The position numbers and the translations under genes are program-made. 64,000 nucleotides of DNA, taken from the IMG/VR virus record IMGVR_UViG_3300023179_004149, positions 1 to 64,000 of that record; one strand, given 5' to 3'. Position 1 is the stretch's first letter. The number at the start of each line of letters is the position of its first letter. Below, in pieces: positions 9,516 through 17,971 of the stretch. The notes beneath the pieces are model-generated. The model did no database searches. It had not been told where the DNA came from and worked only from the letters and a program-made list of their open reading frames with translations.

Positions 9516-9597
9516 TGGGCGCAAGAGGACTCGAACCTCTGAACTCAAAAGAGGGGTGGGTTACAGCCACCTGCAATTGCCGCTATGCGATACACCC
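9516..9597 (-). tRNA. tRNA-Tyr(GTA)
   Basis: GGTGG-CTGTAAC-CCACC; long variable arm. Confidence 0.92.
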
Positions 9598-9602
9598 AAA
9601 TT

Positions 9603-9640
9603 AAAAAACCCCAGATACTTTCGTAACCTGGGGTTTCTAT
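9603..9640 (-). terminator. Attenuator terminator 1
   Basis: AAACCCCAG...CTGGGGTTTTTT directly before the first tRNA of cluster 1. Confidence 0.85.
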
Positions 9641-9653
9641 CTTTTTTACTCTT

Positions 9654-9773
9654 TTATGCTCCTGTATCTGATACATTAACATTTCGAGTATAGAAACCCC
9701 TTCCGTGTTCATACGCTGGGTATGACGGTTCATAACTTGATGCTGACCAGGATGTTAATACTGAGTTTCTCAT
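9654..9773 (-). CDS. Leader peptide 1 (39 aa, MRNSVLTSWSASSYEPSYPAYEHGRGFYTRNVNVSDTGA)
   Basis: Manual translation; S/W/Y/E/P-rich core; contains an 11-nt perfect complement of the terminator left arm. Confidence 0.8.
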   Translation of the reverse strand: MRNSVLTSWSASSYEPSYPAYEHGRGFYTRNVNVSDTGA

Positions 9774-9806
9774 TTTATTTTCTTTTTATTTTTTTTTATA
9801 AAAATC

Positions 9807-9855
9807 AGGATGTTTTTGTATTTCGTACCAGAAATTAAATTGCTGAACACATCCT
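9807..9855 (-). ncRNA. CAGCAA-box RNA, short form
   Basis: AGGATGT-GTTCAGCAA...ACATCCT terminal stem. Confidence 0.5.
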
Positions 9856-9873
9856 CTGTTTATATAATTATTG

Positions 9874-9905
9874 CAAAAGTAAGCAAAGTTCTCGAAACTA
9901 CCAAA
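9874..9905 (-). promoter_or_regulatory. Bacteroidota-type primary-sigma promoter (representative of at least 14 copies)
   Basis: TTTG (-33), 20 nt spacer, TACTTTTG (-7, consensus TAnnTTTG). Confidence 0.8.
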
Positions 9906-10059
9906 TTTTTTTGAACTTTTTTTATTTGGGTTATTTTGTTTCGTTTTCCTCTCAATTACAGTACAAAAGTAAGAAAGGTTTCTAAATAAAACAAGCGCTT
10001 TTTGAAATATTTTTTATTTTTATTCGTTTTCGACAATATTTATCAATAAATACATTACT

Positions 10060-10305
10060 ATGAAAAAGTTTTTTATGGATCTTATATCAGGTTCAAGTGA
10101 AACATCAAGCAAAAGGTTTGCTTCTTTATTTACTTTATTTAACATTATAGTTCTGGCTTATCTTGCTGCTTGGAAAAATAACTGGGTTACACCTGAACAT
10201 ATGTTTGATGGTCTTTGTCTTATCACTGGTGGTGGTTTAGGACTTACAGTTATCGAAAAAGTATTTTCTAAAAAGAATAAAGAAGAGGGAACGTCAGAAC
10301 AGTAA
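10060..10305 (+). CDS. Small two-TM membrane protein (possible holin)
   Basis: Two hydrophobic helices and a charged C-terminus. Confidence 0.5.
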   Translation: MKKFFMDLISGSSETSSKRFASLFTLFNIIVLAYLAAWKNNWVTPEHMFDGLCLITGGGLGLTVIEKVFSKKNKEEGTSEQ

Positions 10306-10976
10306 TGAAAGTTTTTAATTCCATACTAACAATAGCATTAAACGAAGGATTAATTCGCACAGAAGAAATTAATAATACCATTAAGATATTACGTAATTCT
10401 TATCCAGACGCTCAAATAACGAGGTATATGGAGAGCATTGAAATTAGTCTTTTAACTGATAATTTAGATCGTTCAAAAATTGAATCATTTTTGAAGTTGA
10501 TAAACAATTTGGGTTGGTATCCGTCAGGTTATTACGCTAAGTCAGAATGGCAAAAGTTCACAAGAGATGGTTTTATTCGAGACATACAAAATTTTAGAAG
10601 GGTAGATCTGATAATTGAAAAGAAATATGACCGAGAATTCAAGAAACAAGATATATTTTACCATGCCACTAAATTGAAGTACGCTCATAAAATAGAAAAG
10701 ATAGGATTAACACCAAGAGCAAAATCCAAAAAAGGCTATCATCCTGAAAGAATTTACCTCGCTATATCATACGATGCGGCATACGATATTCTTGGTTTGT
10801 TATACGATCATGATGAATATTCGGACCCGAATTGGGTTATTTATGAGATTGATGTAAGTAATATACCTAACTTTAAAACAATGGTCGACCCCAACTTTGA
10901 TGGGGGTGTTTATACAACACAAAACATACCACCATCAGCGATAAAACGATTTAAAATTTTAGATCTTTCAAAATAA
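10305..10976 (+). CDS. ADP-ribosyltransferase-fold protein (Tpt1/KptA-like C-terminal domain)
   Basis: FYHAT...IEKIGLTPR, RIYLA, IYEID, YTTQNIPP. Confidence 0.55.
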   Translation: MKVFNSILTIALNEGLIRTEEINNTIKILRNSYPDAQITRYMESIEISLLTDNLDRSKIESFLKLINNLGWYPSGYYAKSEWQKFTRDGFIRDIQNFRRVDLIIEKKYDREFKKQDIFYHATKLKYAHKIEKIGLTPRAKSKKGYHPERIYLAISYDAAYDILGLLYDHDEYSDPNWVIYEIDVSNIPNFKTMVDPNFDGGVYTTQNIPPSAIKRFKILDLSK

Positions 10977-11311
10977 TTAATCGAATATATCAAGTTTTTG
11001 ACCCTCGTAAGTGGTTATGCTGGATCCATCAACAAAGTATATCTTGGTTTCACTCCGATCCCTGGTAGCTGGCCACAAAATCTATTCGGTGCTGGTATTG
11101 ATTCGAGGTAAATATTTCTGTTCAGTGGAAATCTCATGTACAGTTTTTTTTATTAGGTTTTTAATTTTTGGTCTAGTTCTCAAATCATCATAATAATCCT
11201 GATAAGTCTTAGCTTCCGTGGATTTACCTTCATCTTTACAGTTTTTTATTAACTGTATAAGCCGATCTAAGTTAGACATAATATTGTATTCGTGTATGTT
11301 GTGTTCACAAC

Positions 11312-11593
11312 TCATTTCCAACTTATTTTATATTCCAGTGTGCTAAACTCAGCATCTGGTCTACATGGTTTGTGTTCAACCTTAAACCCATCTTCTATAA
11401 GAATACTCTTAACCTGATCGTTGACGGATGAGGTTGCTACCATTATGTAGAAGTGACCATCGTTTGCGGCTTGTTCTATTTTCTTATAAACCTTATTGGC
11501 GTGTGATTTCAACACTGTCTCGGCTATGTGTTTAGCTTCTTCTGCGTTCATATTATAAATATTAGTATTTTGAAAATTTGATAGTATCACCAA
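11312..11593 (-). CDS. Hypothetical protein
   Basis: ORF in a packed minus-strand run. Confidence 0.55.
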   Translation of the reverse strand: MVILSNFQNTNIYNMNAEEAKHIAETVLKSHANKVYKKIEQAANDGHFYIMVATSSVNDQVKSILIEDGFKVEHKPCRPDAEFSTLEYKISWK

Positions 11594-11834
11594 TTTCTTT
11601 GTTTTTGGTTGGTGATGTAATAGTTACATCACAATCCGTGTGGAAATGATATAACGGGTACGGTTCAGAAACCGAAGTTTGAGGTACTAACCATACACTA
11701 TCCACCACGCACCTAAAATAAGGTGCTTTTGTGTCATTGCATGATGTAAAAGAGAGCATCACCCACAGAGCAGCGGCCAGTACGAATAAACCGAATAAAT
11801 ACGGCCATAATCTTAAAATGGTTTTTAGTTTCAC
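11562..11834 (-). CDS. Hypothetical membrane/lipoprotein
   Basis: N-terminal hydrophobic stretch followed by FTSC. Confidence 0.55.
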   Translation of the reverse strand: MKLKTILRLWPYLFGLFVLAAALWVMLSFTSCNDTKAPYFRCVVDSVWLVPQTSVSEPYPLYHFHTDCDVTITSPTKNKEIGDTIKFSKY

Positions 11835-11838
11835 GGTC

Positions 11839-12315
11839 TTAGTTCATTATTTCGTTACGTACCAACATAAGGGCCGAACCAAGAAGATTGGTTCCTCTCC
11901 ATGCTGATGGGTCTAAACTGAGGGGATCATTCTCACCCCTTTCAATACCCCAGATAAAGTCAACTGGTGATGCTTCCACCAGTGTTCTGGTACCTGTGTT
12001 AATCAGCTGTTGTCCCAGGTCTTTATTCTGCGTGAATTTGGCGTAGTTACCCTTATAAACGATGGCAAGGCAATGACGCTTCCATATGGCATCATCATAA
12101 CCCTTAACCCTTCTTCCGAGAGCTTTATGATCAGCTGGGTTGGTGACCAACATAACCTCAGCGGCTATTTCTTTATCGCCGAATAACAATGCTTTCTGAT
12201 GCATCATATATTGTTCAGCCGACGAATAAGTTACACCATCAATTATAAAAACGGATGGTTCCCACTGACTAAAAACACCATCCCAAAATAGCACATATTT
12301 GTCTGTAATTTTCAT
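11839..12315 (-). CDS. NADAR (YbiA-like) family hydrolase
   Basis: FSQW, SAEQYMM.QKA.LFGD, KALGR.V, KFTQN, LVEASP.D.IWGI, G.NLLG.ALM.VR. Confidence 0.92.
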   Translation of the reverse strand: MKITDKYVLFWDGVFSQWEPSVFIIDGVTYSSAEQYMMHQKALLFGDKEIAAEVMLVTNPADHKALGRRVKGYDDAIWKRHCLAIVYKGNYAKFTQNKDLGQQLINTGTRTLVEASPVDFIWGIERGENDPLSLDPSAWRGTNLLGSALMLVRNEIMN

Positions 12316-12318
12316 ATC

Positions 12319-12720
12319 TTAGTTATTTTCTGATTTAATGTCTGCGATAATCATATCGATGAATAGCGGTGTGTTCCCAGCCAGGATGAAATTATTTAGT
12401 TTATCGAATGAAACCCAGAAATATTCTGAGTGTTCACGTTCTGATAAAATAACTGGCGGGATCGAATCTATTGTTGTGTAGTAACAACTAACCATAAATT
12501 CACCACTACCAGATAGACACTCGCCCACATATATTAGATCAGATACTTTTATTCCAGTTTCTTCAAACGTTTCTCTGATGGCACCTTCGAGTGTAGTTTC
12601 ATCTAGTTCGACTTTACCACCTGGTATACACCATCCGTTTGATTTACCCACTCGGTATTGTCTTTTCAGTAATAAGATCCTATCACCGACAACGATACCG
12701 CAAACAGCTGATTTTTTCAT
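12319..12720 (-). CDS. NUDIX hydrolase
   Basis: Nudix box PGGKVELDETTLEGAIRETFEETG; likely start MKKSAVCG just after a promoter. Confidence 0.88.
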   Translation of the reverse strand: MKKSAVCGIVVGDRILLLKRQYRVGKSNGWCIPGGKVELDETTLEGAIRETFEETGIKVSDLIYVGECLSGSGEFMVSCYYTTIDSIPPVILSEREHSEYFWVSFDKLNNFILAGNTPLFIDMIIADIKSENN

Positions 12721-12803
12721 TTCTTTTTGTTTAGGATACAAAAGTAAGAATTTTTTTTGACATAACCAAATAAAAATGGGATAACTTTCGTTATCCCATT
12801 GCG

Positions 12804-12877
12804 TTGTCCTGGTGAGAGTTGAACTCACTACCTTCACCTTATCAGGGTGACAATCTAAACCGTTGATATACAGGACA
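12804..12877 (-). tRNA. tRNA-Ile(GAT)
   Basis: TCACC-CTGATAA-GGTGA. Confidence 0.9.
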
Positions 12878-13000
12878 AAATAAGGTCATTGTTACAACAT
12901 CTCTCACCCACTTTCTTGGCAGGGTATCCATCATGCGTTCCGTTAACCGATGTATAATTTTATAGCCCTTGACGGAACAAGCTGGGCAACCAATTTTTTG

Positions 13001-13072
13001 GGGTCAAGCACGGTATCGATCCGAGTTCTCCTGATTCACAGTCAGGCACATCACCTTAATGCTTCAAGACCC
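13001..13072 (-). tRNA. tRNA-His(GTG)
   Basis: CCTGA-CTGTGAA-TCAGG; G-1:C73 possible; A54-type T loop. Confidence 0.85.
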
Positions 13073-13080
13073 ATGTGTTG

Positions 13081-13153
13081 TAGCCTTATGGTGAATCGAA
13101 CACCAGTTGTCGTCTTGTAAGGACGATGCACTAAACCACTGTGCTATAAGGCT
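13081..13153 (-). tRNA. tRNA-Val(TAC)
   Basis: TCGTC-CTTACAA-GACGA. Confidence 0.9.
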
Positions 13154-13160
13154 ATTAATG

Positions 13161-13232
13161 TTGTGAGTACGAGGTTCGAACTCGTATGACGAATGTATAA
13201 GATTCGCAGCCTAACCATTAGCTGAACTCACA
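13161..13232 (-). tRNA. tRNA-Ile(TAT)
   Basis: CGAAT-CTTATAC-ATTCG; TGTGAGT/ACTCACA acceptor. Confidence 0.82.
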
Positions 13233-13315
13233 ATAATTCTGTCTTTCCAGATGTCAAATATACTATTGACTTGTCAATACTTTAATATTGACGCTTACCG
13301 CATATTAGGGTTAGG

Positions 13316-13387
13316 TGCGCCTTGCTGGTATCGATCCAGCCCCCGCAGCTTAAAAGGCTGCTGCCTACACCTGTTTGCCAAAAGCGC
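13316..13387 (-). tRNA. tRNA-Lys(TTT)
   Basis: GCAGC-CTTTTAA-GCTGC. Confidence 0.88.
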
Positions 13388-13390
13388 ATT

Positions 13391-13840
13391 TTATTGTTCC
13401 AACCATTTATACCAACCTTGTTGTTTAGCTGTTCGCCTATGGTGACAGTTAGCACATCTGGTTTCGCATTTTTTTAATTCTTTCTCTATGGTACCCCAAA
13501 CAGTGGAATATACCATATTTGAAATCACACCCTTTTTATCAACACCATCCATATGATCCGACTGGAGAACTATGGGGTCAGTTTCACCACAAACAACACA
13601 AGGATGATCTAAATAATGCTGATACAATTTTCTCCTATTCTCTTCAATTTCAGCTTTCCTTCGTTTTCTAATCACCGCTTTATGGTGGTTGGTATTTTCT
13701 GAATAATATTGTTTTGATCGTTCATTACTACATTTTCTACAAATATTATTATATCCGTCTTTTTTACCCTTATTTTTATTAAATTCGGATATTTTTTTCT
13801 CGTCTTTGCACTTAGTGCATATTTTCTTATTTTCTTCCAT
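13391..13840 (-). mobile_element. HNH endonuclease gene inserted in the tRNA cluster
   Basis: CTKC...CRKC Zn motif; CVVCGE...LQSDH...CANCHHRRT HNH core. Confidence 0.85.
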
Positions 13841-13881
13841 AATAATAAATATAAGGAAAAAACTTTTAAAATAAACACTGG

Positions 13882-13919
13882 TTAAAAGTGTGGTGCTCTA
13901 CCGATTAAGCTACGAGACC
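13882..13919 (-). pseudogene. 5' half of a tRNA-Lys(TTT), cut just after the anticodon loop
   Basis: GGTCTCG-TA-GCTTAATCGGTAGAGC-A-CCACA-CTTTTAA, then unrelated sequence leading into the HNH gene. Confidence 0.8.
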
Positions 13920-13926
13920 ATTAAAG

Positions 13927-13999
13927 TAGCTCCGAAGGGACTTGAACCCCCAACCCGCTGAGTAAGAATCAGCTGCTCTGCCAATTAAGCTACGAAGCT
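13927..13999 (-). tRNA. tRNA-Lys(CTT)
   Basis: GCTGA-TTCTTAC-TCAGC. Confidence 0.88.
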
Positions 14000-14003
14000 A
14001 TGT

Positions 14004-14041
14004 AAAACTAAAAATGCTCCAGGGTTCACCTGGAGCATTTG
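14004..14041 (-). terminator. Attenuator terminator 2
   Basis: AAATGCTCCAGG/CCTGGAGCATTT 12-bp stem plus T-tract directly before tRNA-Lys(CTT). Confidence 0.85.
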
Positions 14042-14064
14042 CTAAATTTTATTCTTAAACCCTG

Positions 14065-14145
14065 TTAAGAATTAGACAAATAGTCACCAGGCATAGTTTT
14101 AGCTATGACGTGTTTAATATGCTTTATAATGACTAACTGTTTCAT
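14065..14145 (-). CDS. Leader peptide 2 (26 aa, MKQLVIIKHIKHVIAKTMPGDYLSNS)
   Basis: Manual translation; V/I/K/H core; 3' part complementary to the terminator left arm. Confidence 0.8.
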   Translation of the reverse strand: MKQLVIIKHIKHVIAKTMPGDYLSNS

Positions 14146-14247
14146 CTTATTGATTGTTTATGTTGTTTTAAAATTGTTCTCTTTAATAATTATTACAAAA
14201 GTACGAAAAGTTCTTGATTTTGCAAAGTTTTTTTCAAATATTTTTTT

Positions 14248-14907
14248 TTAATATCCGTAATATATCATTACGTTCTTTTTCCAGTTAAATGTCTTATAAA
14301 TGTTTATAAGCCCAAATATACCGTACTCATACTTCCAACTGGTTGTAATGGTATCACCATGTTCTAAACTAAACGGTGGTAATCCACACCACTCCATATT
14401 CATTGACTTAACATGATTTATCATTTCAATAATAGCTGTCTGTTCTTCGCCAGTTAATTTGGTTCCATCAAAAGTATATTTTGTAAACGGCTCCGAACTC
14501 CAATGGTATTCACTCTCAATTGACTTAAGAAATTCAGACGATCTTTCTTTTTCTCGAGAAAACGGTGCCACCATCACTTGATAGTACTTCTTTATTCTTT
14601 CCTGATAGGTCGAAATCACATAAGCCAGAAACTCTTTAGTCACAATATAAAAATCATATTCATCGTAACGAGCCATTAACTCCTTATTCTTAAAAAATCT
14701 TTTTAATGATTTTTTTGGTGGTTCAAACCCATCGTATTTACCAAATTCATACAACTCAGTACCATACTCATATACGCCTTTATACCAATCATCGTCAGAA
14801 ACATGTTCCTTATTAGGATAATGGTCTTTAAGTTGTTCAAAAGACATTGACTTGATTTTATTGTACTCTCGTTTAGGCATCGAGCCTATGTATGTTCTAT
14901 AACCCAT
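14248..14907 (-). CDS. Hypothetical protein
   Basis: 219 aa ORF. Confidence 0.7.
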   Translation of the reverse strand: MGYRTYIGSMPKREYNKIKSMSFEQLKDHYPNKEHVSDDDWYKGVYEYGTELYEFGKYDGFEPPKKSLKRFFKNKELMARYDEYDFYIVTKEFLAYVISTYQERIKKYYQVMVAPFSREKERSSEFLKSIESEYHWSSEPFTKYTFDGTKLTGEEQTAIIEMINHVKSMNMEWCGLPPFSLEHGDTITTSWKYEYGIFGLINIYKTFNWKKNVMIYYGY

Positions 14908-14954
14908 TAAATATTACAGCTTTAAACCGACTCACTTTTTTTGTAAAAATATTT

Positions 14955-15539
14955 TTAGTAAGCTAATAGCTCATCAGCGGAGAGTATTTCAGCGTAAAAA
15001 TCTATAGCTACGGTACCCTTACTATGGGGTTCTATTTCAGAACCTCTGTATTTAACACCAGTAAAAAATACCTCACCCCTTATTTCTTTTGTGATAAACT
15101 CAAAATCGTTGATGTTGAACTTATCATTTTCGTCAACATCCAGTTCGACATTGATAAAGTTACCCTTTTCTTCTTGGAAGCAAACCAAATAATCACCAGG
15201 TTCTATTTTACTCTCATCAACAACAACCGTCTCTGATTTTCTTAGTTCGCTGAGTGAGTAATCTTTGGTTTTGTATGTGTGTTCTTCATCACCGAACTTT
15301 ATTACGACTTCAATATTGTAATAAGCACCGTATGTATGATCAATATTATCATTTTCATACCATGGGCCAATGAATTGGTCATCGGTTAATTCTTGGTTAT
15401 CGTCATAGAATCCAACATGATCTATTAACTCAGCGTCGTATTTTTGTTTCCAAAAAGTCGCTTGTTCATTAGTTAGTTTACCTATGGTGTGTTCACGACC
15501 GTAACCATCAATAATAACTGATACCTTTTTCGTAGCCAT
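14955..15539 (-). CDS. Hypothetical acidic protein
   Basis: 194 aa ORF. Confidence 0.7.
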   Translation of the reverse strand: MATKKVSVIIDGYGREHTIGKLTNEQATFWKQKYDAELIDHVGFYDDNQELTDDQFIGPWYENDNIDHTYGAYYNIEVVIKFGDEEHTYKTKDYSLSELRKSETVVVDESKIEPGDYLVCFQEEKGNFINVELDVDENDKFNINDFEFITKEIRGEVFFTGVKYRGSEIEPHSKGTVAIDFYAEILSADELLAY

Positions 15540-15871
15540 TACATTAAGGTTGAGCCAGATAAACCATCTAATTCGATCTTATCGCCCCTCATTGGTGGCA
15601 TAATCATTGCTGATGATTCAACACCCATGATCCTAACGGGTTCCAGGTTGGTTATGAATGGTAATGTAATAAACATTAAATCATTCACATTTTCTAGTCT
15701 GTTGCCGATATTTGTCATAACGGTTCTTTCGTCACCCTCGCTGAAGAATACGGTAAGTTTAAGCATCTTATCGCTATTTGGCATCCTTTCAACTGATTGG
15801 ATTGTACCCAACTTTATCTCTAGTTGTTTTTCTAATTGGAGATACGTCTCTATATTAATTTTCTTTTTCAT
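15539..15871 (-). CDS. Stand-alone tRNA-binding OB-fold protein (Trbp111/CsaA/MetRS C-terminal-like)
   Basis: LEIKLGTIQSVERMPNSDKMLKLTV...ERTVMTNI...ITNLEP..IMGVESSAMI. Confidence 0.85.
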   Translation of the reverse strand: MKKKINIETYLQLEKQLEIKLGTIQSVERMPNSDKMLKLTVFFSEGDERTVMTNIGNRLENVNDLMFITLPFITNLEPVRIMGVESSAMIMPPMRGDKIELDGLSGSTLM

Positions 15872-16062
15872 CTTTCTCGTTAAAATACTGTTTTAATTCG
15901 TCAATGGTACAGTCCAATCGATATGATATCATATCTTTGGACATGGATAAAAGATAATTTTTAACATCTGTTAAAAAAGATATCATCTCTTCTTTCCACT
16001 CTTCAGTACCGACAATATGTTTTGTCTTCATCTTTATAGTTTTATATCTATAAATATCAGAG

Positions 16063-16135
16063 TGATTCCAGTGGGGATCGAACCCACACCTAATTGATTT
16101 AGAGTCAACTATACTGCCGATTATACTATGGAACC
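16063..16135 (-). tRNA. Amber suppressor tRNA (CTA)
   Basis: GTTGA-CTCTAAA-TCAAT anticodon arm; complete cloverleaf, short variable loop, A73. Confidence 0.85.
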
Positions 16136-16260
16136 GTTAAAACGCGCACTATGGGTTAAATGCGCACTCACCCAAAAATGATATATAGTTCACGGACATA
16201 ATTCCGCTGGGTTTTCACCGTTAGAACTGGATATCAACCATTCTTATTGTGACGTTTTAG

Positions 16261-16334
16261 AGGACAAGGATAGGATCGAACTACCGTTTGAGACTTTGCA
16301 GGTCCCCGCCTAATAACCACTCGGCCACTTGTCC
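16261..16334 (-). tRNA. tRNA-Cys(GCA)
   Basis: GGGAC-CTGCAAA-GTCTC; U73. Confidence 0.88.
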
Positions 16335-16705
16335 AGTTATTGGTACCAACTTACGGGTCGGCAACCAATGTCTTTACTTTGTTTTATTCCAATTTTTCCA
16401 GTGGGTTGGCGGCTCCCATAATTCCTCTGGTTTATAATTGTAAGGTGTCACCGATGGGTTCAAAAAACGATCTACTTTTTTACTATTAATAAGTAAGTAA
16501 AAACCCTCAAAAAAGTAACGTACCATAAACATTCTACAACCCATTAGTACCGCTAAACCGATAATTTTTAATAGTATCATTTTCTCTGTTTTTAAATTAG
16601 AATACAAAAGTAAGAAAGGTTTTTGAATTAAACAAGTTTTAATGATCCATCTGGAAACCGTCTTTGGTTCATATGGTTCAAACATTTTTTTATCCATAGG
16701 TATTT

Positions 16706-17149
16706 TTACCTATAAATAGCGATGGAATTAGAAATTAAACCATAACATTGACTAAAATCAAAATCTGAATGCAATTCGGGATTAATATAAACACAACCTT
16801 TAATAGGTTTTTGTCCCCAAATGACATTATACCATTTGCTTGTCCTGGCTATCGGATCTTTGTCGATAAAGAAATAATTCAATTTAGTACCCATAGGATC
16901 CAAATCGTAAAACCTGTCAATGATTGTTAGATCATGACATTGCAACCATAACTTATGGTGGTGTTTCTCTAACCAATCGATATCCAACTTGTATTCAGGT
17001 TTGTAGGTACCCAAATAGAGTTGATTGTCCTGGAGCCAAAGGTCGACTTTAACATCAAACCCTTGGTTGATTGCTTGTTCAATATGTTCTGGTTTATTGT
17101 CATTATCGGTTAATCCAAAAAGATTACCAGCGTTTGATATTAGTTTCAT
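16706..17149 (-). CDS. Glycerophosphodiester phosphodiesterase-like protein, catalytic motifs degenerate
   Basis: ISNAGN, GFDVKVDLW and LYLGTY align to the usual IAHRGN, GYDVEIDV and LYLGHD. Confidence 0.55.
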   Translation of the reverse strand: MKLISNAGNLFGLTDNDNKPEHIEQAINQGFDVKVDLWLQDNQLYLGTYKPEYKLDIDWLEKHHHKLWLQCHDLTIIDRFYDLDPMGTKLNYFFIDKDPIARTSKWYNVIWGQKPIKGCVYINPELHSDFDFSQCYGLISNSIAIYR

Positions 17150-17601
17150 TATTTATTTCTTTTTTCGTTTTCAGTTTCGTCTGGTGTTAATAACCCACGA
17201 CCATATTTTTCAATCCTATCTTTATACCTGTTTTTCACACGTTCACCGATAGGTACTGGGTTACCTTCTTCATCGATACGCACAAACTTAATATTTGTCT
17301 GAGTTACGACTTCCTGAATACCAGTATATACGTTATGTTTACGTACCTCAATATAAAGTGTTAGTGATGTGGTACCAAACTCTTTAACCTCACCATAAAC
17401 TTTGATCAGGTTACCGACTTTTACTGGTTTTTTAAACAAGAGTTCATCAATTTTTAATGTTACAACTCTTGGATTGTCACATATTTGCATGGCGTATGCC
17501 GCTGATGCGTCGTCAATGAGGGACATAATATCACCACCGAACATGTTGTCGTGTATGCCGATATTTTTTCCTTTGCTGATATAGGTAGTTATGAGTTCCA
17601 T
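17149..17601 (-). CDS. Acyl-CoA thioesterase (hotdog fold, YciA-like)
   Basis: NMFGGDIMSLIDDAS, VVTLKID.L.FKKPVKVG, G.TS, FVRIDEEGNPVP. Confidence 0.88.
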   Translation of the reverse strand: MELITTYISKGKNIGIHDNMFGGDIMSLIDDASAAYAMQICDNPRVVTLKIDELLFKKPVKVGNLIKVYGEVKEFGTTSLTLYIEVRKHNVYTGIQEVVTQTNIKFVRIDEEGNPVPIGERVKNRYKDRIEKYGRGLLTPDETENEKRNK

Positions 17602-17971
17602 GTTAACTATGTTGTTTTACAAAACGATCAGCCATTTCATATGTAAGATCACCATATAATCCAGCTATGTGAAGTGGATTTGTATTCGCTTCCCTATTAC
17701 TATTTACGTGATTGATAACGGGTTCGGGTAGTTTAGCTAACACCCTTTCAGCCACAACCAACTCACCGTTCTTTACTTTGATGATTTTTTTCAGTCCTTT
17801 ATACGTAGATACTAATTCTACGTCAGTGAACTTTTTAAAATTGATTCTCCTTTTCATACCGCAAAAGTAAGAAAAGTTTTTGATCACACCAAATAAAAAA
17901 TGGGATTCTTTTGGAATCCCATTCTGGTCAAACGCTTTTCAGCGTCGATCTCAAGATACTATCTTGAGAGA

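Noticed and set aside
8447-9733. ORF-track entries 8447-8782, 8877-9152, 9307-9492 and 9545-9733
   Set aside because: They overlap well-formed tRNA genes or the attenuator; the real leader is in another frame (9654-9773).
12890-12991. HDV-like (theta) ribozyme after tRNA-His
   Set aside because: P1 pairing is poor, and the GG needed for P1.1 and the catalytic C junction are not found in the correct order on the transcribed strand.
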